Assembly (NCBI GenBank): GCA_019113305.1
Contig: DXHP01000048.1
Span: 1-41,700 of the forward strand
Direction: 5' to 3'
DNA: 41,700 nucleotides
Source of the DNA: Candidatus Ignatzschineria merdigallinarum
GTDB lineage: Bacteria; Pseudomonadota; Gammaproteobacteria; Cardiobacteriales; Wohlfahrtiimonadaceae
Numbering within the stretch: position 1 is the first letter of the stretch; each line of letters begins with the position of its first letter. This document shows, one piece after another, positions 30,599 to 40,800 of this stretch. The translations under genes were made by a program, and so were the position numbers. The notes beneath the pieces are model-generated. The model was not told where the DNA came from and made no database searches. It saw nothing but the letters and a program-made list of their open reading frames with translations.

Positions 30599-33500
30599 AT
30601 GTCAGAGCAGAGAGAAGAACAGAAAGATTCGGTGGTAGAAAATTCTTCGTTAATAATGGGAGACTCTTCTCATTCTGAACCAGCAACCGATGAAACATCA
30701 GACCCAAAAAAGAAAAAGCCTAAAAAGAAGCGCTCATTGATTGGGCGGTTGATTATATGGCTATTAAGTACAAGTTTGATGCTGGTTATTTTGCTCATTT
30801 TATTGCTCTATTTCTTTATTGATACCCAAGCTGGGCTGAAAACACTGACACATCTAGCCAATCGTTATGCCAGTGATTATGTCACGATTGAGAGCGCAGA
30901 AGGGCGATTAGGGAAACGTTTTACATTGACGAATGTTGAACTAACACTTCCTAACTATCAGCCATTAGAGATCCCTTCGTTAGCATTGAAGTGGGATTAT
31001 TGGCAGTTGCTCAATAAACGTATTGACGTGGAATCATTAAGTATTGCCGGTGCTAATTTGGATTTTACGCCAATTGTAAAGCAAGAAGAGGTTGCAGATA
31101 AAGAAGAGAGTGCGCCATTTTCGTTAAAAGATCTTGATATTCCGATCGATGCGAATATCACGGTTTTAGATCTTGAAAATACGACTCTGAAGATTGATGA
31201 TTTTTATTTAGCTGTTAATGATTTTCAGATTGAAAATGCGGCGTTAGTGCAGAATGATGTCACGCTCAAAAATGCAGTAGGTGATCTTCATGTGTTGGTG
31301 GGAGAAGATGTTGATTTACCATTTGTGGTTGCTTTAAATGGTAACGTAGATGCACCAACTGAAATGTTTGATCTTAATTTGGCAATTTATGCACAAGATG
31401 CTTACATTCGTGAAAATGAACTTAATATTGCCTTGAATACACAGTTAAAAGGTGTTTGGGAGAACTTTAATCTCAATGTAGATGGTCGTGTAGATTGGTC
31501 AAATATGTTGAATGACCCGATCTTATTAAAAGTACAAAATGAAGTGACATCACTGAATAATGTGAAGAGTTATCTACATATTAAAAATCTTGCGAACCAG
31601 ATTATGCTCAATAGTCATTGGGCGATGGATCAACCACTTGATTTTGATCTAGCCCTAAAAATGAATGCACCCTATCTGTCACAATTTCATCCCGATATTC
31701 AAGGTTCAGTTTTGGGTGATGTAATCTTAAAAGGGGATTTAATGAAGCCGCTTTTAACGGCGGATGTGGCAGTGACAAATGTCTCGGCATTTGGTTTGCA
31801 GTTGGAGTCTCTGATCTTAAAAGGCAATCATGAGAATTATAAAGCAACGGCTTTATTAGAAACAAATCGTGTGAAGTTCAATGAGTTTTATTTAGCCTTA
31901 TTATCGTTAAACTTAGAGGGGACATTAACTGAAGAGTTTGAGTTTGATCTCAAAATTCAGGATCTCGTGAAAGCAGAAACGCCGGCAGAAGTTTTAGCCA
32001 CAGAGAAAAAAGATGCGAAAACGGTAGTGATTACAGATACTACAACGTCAGAAGGCGATGAGGATGTTGAAGCATTTTATGCAGAAAATGCAACGTTAGA
32101 TTTAACGCCTAAAGGGAAAACAGAAGTCTTATTAAAAAATGTCGAGTATCGTGTTAAAGGGCAAGCAGAATCTCATCAATTTGATTTTGATTTAGAAAGT
32201 CCTTACGGCTCTATTAAGTCAGAGGGTGTAGCGTCTTTAAATAATTTAGGATCAGATCCTTCCTTTAATTTATATTTAGCCAACTCGACGGTGAAATCGC
32301 CATTTGTGGGTGATTTTAAGTTAAATAAGCCGGCATATTTTCACCTAAATGCTTTAAAGCAAGAAATTAAATTAACCTCAGCCTGTTATCAGCAAGGATT
32401 TGTCGTGCTTTGTGCAGAAGGTGAGCGAACGAAAGAGGGCGTAAATACCGCTGTCTTAACCTTAAATAATTTGCCATCCTCATTGCTGAAAGAGTATTTA
32501 CCGCCGGATATTTCTATTAATACGAAGGCGAATGCGACAGTTGTTGGTCAATTCTCAACGGTGGAAGATTTTATTGGGGTTGTGAACGTTTCTCTTTCAA
32601 AAGGAGATATTCGCTACCGTTTTCAGGGGCGTGAAGTGTTAGTGCCGCTGGATAAAACATTGTTGGAAGTATTGGCCAAGCCAACAGGCGTGACAAGTTC
32701 GTTAAATGTGGATTGGGGAAAATATCTGCGCGTAGATGGTAAAGGTTCTCTAGATGATCTATTTGCGGAGAATATCGTTGATCTTGATTTGAAAGCAAAT
32801 ATTCCTAGCTTCGATTGGGTTTCTCCTTTAATGCCGGTACTGCAAGGTTTGGGCGGGGAGGTTGCGTTAACCTCTAAAGTTCATGGACCGATTGTTGATC
32901 CTAAATTAGCGGCAAATTTATCGATTAAAAATGGAAAACTATATATCGCCTCGTTAAATAGCCGGTTGAAAGATATTAACCTAAATGTGGATCTTAAAGA
33001 GGGAACACCTGAATTCTTTGTGAAAGGTAGCGTGGGAACAAATGAAGGGACTTTAAAGCTTAATGGGCATTATAATATCGCGAATTTTAGTACGGTATTA
33101 ACGGCGGAAGGCGAAAATTTATTACTGGCTGATAGTGAGAATATTAAAGTTAAAATAAGTCCAAAATTGACATTTACAGGATTAGGAAAAACCGGAGATA
33201 ACCGATATGAACTGAAAGGTTCCGTGCGTGTGCCGGAGCTAAAATATATCCATTCATCAATGGGCGGTGGCGGATCGGTTGTGACAGTATCTGACGATAC
33301 AATTATTGTCGGTGGTGGTTATGACAAGGTTCGAGAAAAGAGCTTTATGGATAGCTTTAAGATGGATGTGAATGTCATTTTAGGTAAGCAGATTTTAGTG
33401 GGAGCTGAAGGTTTAAAAGCAAATCTTGATGGTGGTTTAAAGATCATTAAGGATTATGCCCAGCCCATTCGAGGATTGGGAGTCATCAATGTAGGGAAAG

Positions 33501-34081
33501 GGGAGTTTGATATTTATGGTCAAGTGCTGACGCTTGATCGTGGGAAGATTCAATTTTCAGGAACTGCAATTACCAATCCGGCATTAGATATTCAAGCATC
33601 ACGTAAATTTGTGAATGAAATTGAAGGGCGAGAAATGCAAGTGGGCGTTAAAGTTTTAGGAAGTGTGGAAGCACCGAAAATTCAGTTGTATTCATCGCCG
33701 GCATTAACAGATATCGAAATTGCATCGTATCTATTCTTAGGGCGAAGTCCTAATTTAGAGTCGCCTGTTGAGAACCTCATGCTCTTAAATATGGTCCGTA
33801 AGATTGCGAGTGGGGAGCCGATTTCAAGCTCTGATTCAAGCATCGCAAGTCAAATCGGCTTAACAGACTTCGGATTTGTAGAAACGCCGAATGGTAGTAC
33901 AGGAATCGGTTTAGGTAAGCGTTTTGCAAATAGTTTCTATGTGGGATTAGGTGTGGGAATTGAAGAGAGCGAAGGTGCATTTGCGGTTCTTCGTTATCGA
34001 TTCTTGAAATATTTTAACGTTAACACGGCATTTATGAGTGAAGGCGAGAGTATTAACGTGAACTACCTTCGAGATTTTTAG
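30599..34081 (+). CDS. tamB: TamB family (AsmA-like, C-terminal DUF490) translocation/assembly protein
   Basis: Basic patch plus one N-terminal TM anchor, long beta-rich body, DUF490-like C-terminus (YGQVLTLDRGKIQFSG..NPALDIQA..., GSVEAPKIQLYSSP..L...YLFLGR, GKR, terminal F). Confidence 0.85.
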   Translation: MSEQREEQKDSVVENSSLIMGDSSHSEPATDETSDPKKKKPKKKRSLIGRLIIWLLSTSLMLVILLILLLYFFIDTQAGLKTLTHLANRYASDYVTIESAEGRLGKRFTLTNVELTLPNYQPLEIPSLALKWDYWQLLNKRIDVESLSIAGANLDFTPIVKQEEVADKEESAPFSLKDLDIPIDANITVLDLENTTLKIDDFYLAVNDFQIENAALVQNDVTLKNAVGDLHVLVGEDVDLPFVVALNGNVDAPTEMFDLNLAIYAQDAYIRENELNIALNTQLKGVWENFNLNVDGRVDWSNMLNDPILLKVQNEVTSLNNVKSYLHIKNLANQIMLNSHWAMDQPLDFDLALKMNAPYLSQFHPDIQGSVLGDVILKGDLMKPLLTADVAVTNVSAFGLQLESLILKGNHENYKATALLETNRVKFNEFYLALLSLNLEGTLTEEFEFDLKIQDLVKAETPAEVLATEKKDAKTVVITDTTTSEGDEDVEAFYAENATLDLTPKGKTEVLLKNVEYRVKGQAESHQFDFDLESPYGSIKSEGVASLNNLGSDPSFNLYLANSTVKSPFVGDFKLNKPAYFHLNALKQEIKLTSACYQQGFVVLCAEGERTKEGVNTAVLTLNNLPSSLLKEYLPPDISINTKANATVVGQFSTVEDFIGVVNVSLSKGDIRYRFQGREVLVPLDKTLLEVLAKPTGVTSSLNVDWGKYLRVDGKGSLDDLFAENIVDLDLKANIPSFDWVSPLMPVLQGLGGEVALTSKVHGPIVDPKLAANLSIKNGKLYIASLNSRLKDINLNVDLKEGTPEFFVKGSVGTNEGTLKLNGHYNIANFSTVLTAEGENLLLADSENIKVKISPKLTFTGLGKTGDNRYELKGSVRVPELKYIHSSMGGGGSVVTVSDDTIIVGGGYDKVREKSFMDSFKMDVNVILGKQILVGAEGLKANLDGGLKIIKDYAQPIRGLGVINVGKGEFDIYGQVLTLDRGKIQFSGTAITNPALDIQASRKFVNEIEGREMQVGVKVLGSVEAPKIQLYSSPALTDIEIASYLFLGRSPNLESPVENLMLLNMVRKIASGEPISSSDSSIASQIGLTDFGFVETPNGSTGIGLGKRFANSFYVGLGVGIEESEGAFAVLRYRFLKYFNVNTAFMSEGESINVNYLRDF

Positions 34082-34132
34082 AAGAGTCAGCGTAAATCTA
34101 GAGTAAAAATTATTTTAAGATTTCTGATTAAT

Positions 34133-34169
34133 AAAAGCTTCAAGTAACATTGCTACTTGAAGCTTTTTT
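34133..34169 (+). terminator. Intrinsic terminator after tamB
   Basis: aaaagcttcaagta / tacttgaagctttttt. Confidence 0.88.
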
Positions 34170-34544
34170 AGTTTCTAACTTTTAAGGCGGTAGTTATATG
34201 AAATATTTTGACCAATAATTCTCATTGGATCATAAAACTGATTTGAAATTATAGCGCCAAAATATCCTGTTACTGTTGGTTGTGGCTAGAGAGAATGCTT
34301 GTAGATTTTTAGCAATCATTAGCTAGTTGCTTGTAATGATATTGAGCCTTTTAAGTTAAAAATAGATAGGCAGAATGATCTTTGTATCGTCATTTTTATT
34401 GAATGAAGAGAGTAGTATTTGCCTGTATGAGATAGGTAAAAGTATTTTGGTCAGATAGCTTACAATCGATTTCACGATATGCCAGATTTTCTGTATAAGT
34501 CCTTTTCGTTAAAATCGGTGATTGTTAAAGCATGCTTTTCTGGT

Positions 34545-34577
34545 AAAGAAAAAGCCAAGCAATTTGCTTGGCTTCTT
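34545..34577 (-). terminator. Intrinsic terminator after the FMN-binding glutamate synthase family gene
   Basis: aagccaagca / tgcttggctt stem preceded by an A-rich run on +. Confidence 0.8.
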
Positions 34578-34611
34578 GATCATAAATGTTTATCTATCTA
34601 TATGCTGAATA

Positions 34612-36249
34612 TTACGCTGCTTTTGGAATTACTACACGTGCTTGGAATGATTCTGCTTGTGCTATATTCCAGATACTAGAGTAGTAGTTACTCTCAATCT
34701 CTTCACCTAAAAGCGCGCCTTCAGGAAGATAGAAGTGAATGTTTGAGAAGAGACGGATTTCATTTTCTGATGAGCGCATTACTAAATGTTGTGGTAACAA
34801 CTTAGAAGGATGCGAAACACCAGCTGATGAAAGAATCTCTGAAAATGCATGAAGCGTATTGTGATGGAAGTTTTTAACGCGTTCCATTTTATCTTCAACA
34901 ACTAATGCTTTTTGGCGAATATGATCTTGAGTTGCGATACCTGTTGGACATGCATTGGTATGACAGCTACGAGATTGGATACAGCCTAATGAGAACATGA
35001 ATCCACGAGCGGAGTTTACCCAGTCTGCACCAATTGCCAAGGTTTTAGTGATATCAAATGCCGTGATAATTTTTCCACTTGCACCGATACGGATTTTTTT
35101 ACGAAGACCAATACCCACTAAGACGTTGTGAACGAAGAGAAGGCCTTCTTGTAATGGTGTACCAATATGATCTGAGAATTCGATTGGAGCGGAACCTGTA
35201 CCACCTTCTTTACCATCAACGACGATAAAGTCAGGAAGAATATTGGTTAAGAGCATGGCTTTAGCAATCGCCATAAATTCCCACGGGTGACCAATACAGA
35301 GTTTAAAACCAACTGGTTTACCACCACTTAAATCGCGTAATGTTTTGATGAACTCAAGAAGTTCAATCGGTGTTGAGAACGCACTGTGGTTTGACGGAGA
35401 AATACAGTCGCGATCTCTAGGAACGCCACGAGTTTCTGCAATTTCTTCACTGATTTTATCTTTAGGAAGAACCCCACCATGACCGGGTTTTGCCCCTTGA
35501 CTGAGTTTAATTTCAATCATTTTGATTTGAGGATCAGCTGCTTGTTTTTCAAATTTTACAGGATCAAAATGACCATCATCTGTACGGCAACCAAAGTAAC
35601 CACTTCCTAATTCCCAGATAAGATCGCCGCCATGTTTACGATGGTATGGGCTAATCCCACCTTCGCCTGTATCATGTGCAAAGTTTCCGAGTTTCGCACC
35701 ACCATTGAGTGATTCAATTGCGCGAGCACTGAGTGCTCCGAAGCTCATCGCTGAGATATTAAGGATTGATGCCGAATAAGGATGTAAACAATCATCGCCA
35801 CCAATGGTAACGCGGAATGTTGCTGGATCTGCCGCCGGAACTGTTGCCATAGAATGCGTCACAAACTGATAGCCTGGCTCATAAGTATTTTGTAAGGTTC
35901 CAAAAGCGAGAACGGAGTCTTGCGCAATATTTTTTGCGCGAGCATAAACGAGTTTACGTTCTGCATGGGTAAAAGGTACTGCATCGTTATCTGACTCGAT
36001 GAAGTATTGACGAATTTCCGTACGGAAATGCTTTAAGATATAACGAAGGTTTCCGATGATAGGATAGTTTTTACGAACAGAGTACGTATTTTGTGAAATG
36101 TCGACAATTCCGACAATTGATAGAAGCCCTGTCAGTCCGGTAAGTACCCACATTCCGGTGGTATGTTCTGCAAAAAAAAGCCCATACACTGTAAAGGCTA
36201 AAACAAAAGTTAAGGGTAGATAACGCCCAAATCGAGCAGCGATATGCAT
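34612..36249 (-). CDS. Membrane-anchored FMN-binding glutamate synthase family protein (YerD-like)
   Basis: Two N-terminal hydrophobic segments, NISAMSFGALS, TGEGG, IEIKLSQGAKPGHGG, VDGKEGGTGSAP, [3Fe-4S] motif GCIQSRSCHTNACPTG; no glutamine amidotransferase domain. Confidence 0.9.
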   Translation of the reverse strand: MHIAARFGRYLPLTFVLAFTVYGLFFAEHTTGMWVLTGLTGLLSIVGIVDISQNTYSVRKNYPIIGNLRYILKHFRTEIRQYFIESDNDAVPFTHAERKLVYARAKNIAQDSVLAFGTLQNTYEPGYQFVTHSMATVPAADPATFRVTIGGDDCLHPYSASILNISAMSFGALSARAIESLNGGAKLGNFAHDTGEGGISPYHRKHGGDLIWELGSGYFGCRTDDGHFDPVKFEKQAADPQIKMIEIKLSQGAKPGHGGVLPKDKISEEIAETRGVPRDRDCISPSNHSAFSTPIELLEFIKTLRDLSGGKPVGFKLCIGHPWEFMAIAKAMLLTNILPDFIVVDGKEGGTGSAPIEFSDHIGTPLQEGLLFVHNVLVGIGLRKKIRIGASGKIITAFDITKTLAIGADWVNSARGFMFSLGCIQSRSCHTNACPTGIATQDHIRQKALVVEDKMERVKNFHHNTLHAFSEILSSAGVSHPSKLLPQHLVMRSSENEIRLFSNIHFYLPEGALLGEEIESNYYSSIWNIAQAESFQARVVIPKAA

Positions 36250-36432
36250 GTCAGGGAGCTCCTCTCTATATTAATTATGGTTATAAGGTGTGTTTTAAAG
36301 TGTCACTATCATAGCGCATTCCATAATTTTATTTTAGAATTTTTTAGCCTGATATGACCTAAGTTCAACAAGTTTATCACTCTTTTGTGTTGTGTTGCAT
36401 GCAATAGATTTTAAGTTGCAATATCGGATATA

Positions 36433-37089
36433 ATGCCTGTTATGAAAAATCATGAAATAAACCCTTGGGATGACAAGATTGTTCCTCGAAAAAAACTAAA
36501 AGAAGAACGAGTTTCTGGCAGTAAATTGCGCAATGTTCAGACGGAAATTGGGCAATTATCTCGTCGAAGAAGTCCTCTGAATCCTTATCAAATGTTGACG
36601 ATTTATCTGAAAAGATCGTTGCAGTTAACTTATATTGAGCCTTGGTTTCAAGCTTTTTTGCCGCCAAGATTAAAGGGGCGTTTATTTATTGCGACGTTAG
36701 GAAAGCGTTATTGGGTGATTGGCACTACACGGGCGGAGTTTGGGACGGCATTTAATTTTTATCAAAAAGAGATTCGACAATCTTTAGAGAATCATCTCAA
36801 TAAGATCTCTAGTAAACCGTGGAAAATCCCACCACTTCGAATTGCTATTATGCCGGAAAATCCCAATGATAGAGCGTTAGAACAAGAGCTTGAATCGATG
36901 ATGCAGATTAAGTCGGTGCCAATGAAATCGAAAGTAGAAAAGCTCGCTTGGAAGAAAAAGCGACAAGTAGAAGCTGCAGAGAAAGCTGCTGAAATTGAAA
37001 AGGAACGTACAAAAGCAAGTAGTATTATTTCATCCATTGTTATGGAACTTGATCAATACGAGAGTCGTCATGGAAAAAGATCTCAGTAA
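36433..37089 (+). CDS. Hypothetical basic protein, probable DciA/DUF721 family
   Basis: Intact 218-aa ORF; central W...LP..L....IA.L....VI.....F...F...EI...L pattern resembles the DUF721 KH-like fold; Lys/Glu-rich C-terminal tail. Family call is by eye only. Confidence 0.5.
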   Translation: MPVMKNHEINPWDDKIVPRKKLKEERVSGSKLRNVQTEIGQLSRRRSPLNPYQMLTIYLKRSLQLTYIEPWFQAFLPPRLKGRLFIATLGKRYWVIGTTRAEFGTAFNFYQKEIRQSLENHLNKISSKPWKIPPLRIAIMPENPNDRALEQELESMMQIKSVPMKSKVEKLAWKKKRQVEAAEKAAEIEKERTKASSIISSIVMELDQYESRHGKRSQ

Positions 37090-37576
37090 CTATTTTAACC
37101 ATTCTCCATCATCCAACTCTGCTATTAACAAAGATGAGATGGATGAGGAAGCACTTTTGAAACTATGGCGTTATTGGCGTGAAAGAGCGATGAACTTTTT
37201 AGTGCGCCGAGAGCATAGTGAAGTTGAGTTACGGCAGAAATTAACGCAAAGAGAATGCCCTTTATGGCTCTTAGATGACATTGTCGATTGGCTATATGAC
37301 CAGAAATATCTTAGCCTTGAACGGTTTGCTTATAGTTACAGTAAGAATCGTGCCGATTTAGGATATGGGCCGCTTCGTGTTCGTAATGAATTGTCGGCAA
37401 TGCACCAGATTGCATCAAGGGAGATTGATGCTGCATTTTTAGAAGTGGATTGGTATCAAGCAAGAAAAACGGCGCAGCGTAAAATCAGACAAACGGATCC
37501 TTATAAATTTCGAGCAGCGCTTTATCGCCGAGGATTTGCCGGCGATGATTACGTTGATGAGTTATCAGATATCTGA
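37070..37576 (+). CDS. recX: Regulatory protein RecX
   Basis: AMNFLVRREHSEVELRQKL, YLSLERFA, GYGPLRVRNEL, DW, LYRRGF. Start at ATG 37070 preferred over TTG 36995; overlaps the upstream ORF by 20 nt. Confidence 0.9.
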   Translation: MEKDLSNYFNHSPSSNSAINKDEMDEEALLKLWRYWRERAMNFLVRREHSEVELRQKLTQRECPLWLLDDIVDWLYDQKYLSLERFAYSYSKNRADLGYGPLRVRNELSAMHQIASREIDAAFLEVDWYQARKTAQRKIRQTDPYKFRAALYRRGFAGDDYVDELSDI

Positions 37577-37870
37577 TGAAAATATTGTTATTTCGGTTTA
37601 AGAATCGTTGTGACAATTGCTGATGCGTGATTGATAAAACATGCAAGTATTCTTCCTAGTCTCAAATCAACGCTTAAAAGGGATGTTCCTTCGGTAATTT
37701 AAAACGGGTTGTACTATATCACTGAATTTGTGAGATTTTTGCATCATTTTCCATAAAGTGTTTTTTGAATCCGCTAAAGTTGCACCCTTTTGATCTAACT
37801 TCCTCGTTTTTTTCAAATTCGAGGTATAATAGTGCGCAAATATTTTGAGTTGAGTATTAGAGGAAGACAC

Positions 37871-40800
37871 ATGGTATTAGAAGAGCAGTTGCAGAAATAT
37901 GGCTTGAGCTTTCAAGATCTTCAAAGTCGTGAAGGTTTAGTGGAAGTCGATACGCTCTATCAACAAATATTACCCGAAGAAGTATTACAAACTTTCTTAC
38001 AGTGGCGACGTGGCGAAACAAGCTTTACTGCAATTGAAGAGTCTGAATTCCAAATCAAACTTGGGGAATATCTTAATACATTTATAGCCAAGCTTTTCGG
38101 GCTTGAGAATGAAACAGATGCGCTGATTGAGCGGGCGAGTCGTTACAATCGTTTGATGCAATTTAAAGAACAATTTATTCAGCGTGGTGCAAAACGTTAT
38201 CGTCAAGCAATTGAAGGAACGTTTGCAGAGCATCATGCGGCACTTTTAGAAAAAGTTGGTGCCGAAGATAGTGATCCTGAATTAGAAGCTAAAATTGCCA
38301 ATTATGCATTGAGCTTAGATGCTGAAGAGAATGCGGCAGATATTGAAGCAATTCATCAGTGGGGATCACTCGCTGAGAAAGATGAAGCAGGTATTGCGCG
38401 TGTTGAAAATTGGATTACCTTTAAATTTCCGGCAAGACTCGATTTTGATAATTTAGTTGCAACTGAAGAGACAACGTTCCAAGGTATTCCGGTAAAAGTA
38501 GGTGCAAATCCGCTTCGTCAACGTGATGGTTTTGATTTAACGGATGCACGTATGGATCGTTACGAGATTGCGAGCGAAATTGAGTACTGTAAGTATTGTC
38601 ACGATCATGATGGGGATTTCTGTAGTATTGGTTTCCCTGTGAAAAAAGGGGAGCCTGAAAAAGGTTATCGTAAAAACCCATTTGATGAGACTTTAACCGG
38701 TTGTCCGCTTGATGAAATGATCTCAGAGATGCAGCGTCTCGAAAAAGAGGGGCTTTCTATCGGGGCATTAGCGATTACGATGGTAGAAAATCCAATGGCG
38801 CCGGCAACTGGGCACCGTATCTGTAATGATTGTATGAAATCATGTATCTATCAACGTGCAGAGCCAGTCAATATTCCTCAAATTGAAACCGGCGTTTTAA
38901 CGACAGTTTTAGATCTGCCTTATGGTGTGGAACTTTATCATCTTTTAGCGCGCTGGAATCCACTTAAACCTACAGGATATCTCCCTGCTGAAGAGAATAA
39001 TCGTAAAGTATTGGTTGCTGGAATGGGACCTGCAGGTTTCACGATGACTCATTATTTATCGCAAGAAGGATGTCACGTTGTAGGAATTGATGGTTTGAAA
39101 ATCGAACCATTGCCAGCATCTATTTTAAATCAACCGATAAAATCTTGGGATGATCTTGAAGAGAATCTCGATGATCGTATTCTTGCGGGATTTGGCGGTG
39201 TTGCAGAGTATGGAATTACCGTTCGTTGGGATAAAAACTTCCTTAAACTGATCTATTTAACATTAGCACGCCGGCAAAATGTGGATATTTATGGTGGTGT
39301 TCGTTTAGGTGGAACTTTAACACTTGATGATGCCTTTGATCTTGGCTTTGATCATGTTTCTTTAGCCGTTGGTGCTGGTTTGCCGCGTGTATTGAAGATT
39401 GATAACTCGCTTGCCAAAGGGATGAAGCAAGCATCTGACTTCCTCATGGCGATGCAGTTAACCGGTGCCGCAAAAGATACGTCGATTGCGAACTTACAAG
39501 TAAGATTACCAGCCGTCGTGATTGGTGGTGGGTTAACGGCGATTGATACGGCAACAGAAGTTCAAGCGTACTATATTAAACAAGTTGAAAAAACGCTCCA
39601 TCGTGTAGAAATCTTAGGTGAAGAGAAGATTCGTGAGAATTTATCGCCGGAAGATAATGAGACCTTAACGGAATTCTTAGCGCATGGTTTAGAAGTTCGT
39701 GAAGAGCGTGCAAAAGCAGCAGCTGCCGGTATTGAGCCAAACTTTAATCCGCTCATTAAAAAATGGGGCGGCGTGATGATTGCGTATCGCCGTACAATGC
39801 AGGAATCGCCGGCATATACGCTGAATCACGAAGAAGTAACAAAAGCATTTGAGGAAGGCATTCATTTTGGTGAAGAACTTAATCCTTTAGGTGTTGAGCT
39901 TGATCAATATGGACATGTGAAATCGATTCGCTTTACAAAATCGAGCGAAGAAGAAGTGGTTGTTCCGGCAAGAGCCGTATTAGTTGCCGCAGGAACATCA
40001 CCGAATACGATTTACGGTACAGAATATCCAGGTTCTATCGAGATTGAAGATAAGCATCACTTCCAAGGTTATGATCTTGAGGGGAATTTAGTACCATTTA
40101 ATTGGGGAACTAATAATAAAGAGGCATTTGCGCCATTTACTTCATTTAGACGTGGTGAAAAACGTGTCTCTTATATTGGAGATACGCATCCTGTGTTTAA
40201 TGGTAACGTTGTGAAAGCGATTGCTAGTGCGAAGAAATCTTCTCGCTTTGTGATGGAAGCGCTTGATAGATTGCCGGAAAATACCTTATCAAATAAAGAT
40301 CTAGCATTAACGATGCAAGACGGTTTAACGGCAACGATTCAATCGATTGACGCATCAAATCCGACAGTTTGTGAAGTGTGGATTAAGGCGCCAATGGCGG
40401 CGAAGAACTTTAAACCTGGGCAATTCTTTAGAATGCAGACGTTTGAAACAGGTAGTGAAATTGTGGAAGGGACACGTTTACAGATTCCACTTCTTACAGT
40501 ATCAGGAACAGGCTCCACGGATGATGCAATTCGTCTGTTAGTCTTCCAATGGGGAACAGGACAACGCTTGATTCCATCACTCAAGCCGGGTGATAAAGTG
40601 GTGTTAGCCGGTCCAACTGGGGCGCCAACGGATCTTCCTTCTGGAAAAACGATTCTTGTGGTTGCCGGACGTTGGGGTGCAGCGGTAATGTTAGATATTG
40701 GCTTTGCACTTCGTAGTGCGGGCAATAGGGTTATTTACCTTGCAGCAATGGGTTCGAAAGGCGATGTTGACCATATGGATGAGCTGGAAGAAGGTGCAGA

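Noticed and set aside
36995-37069. TTG start giving a 193-aa RecX
   Set aside because: Creates a 95-nt overlap with no RBS; ATG 37070 gives a typical length.
40339-40725. 128-aa antisense ORF inside the oxidoreductase
   Set aside because: Shadow ORF on the opposite strand of a conserved domain.
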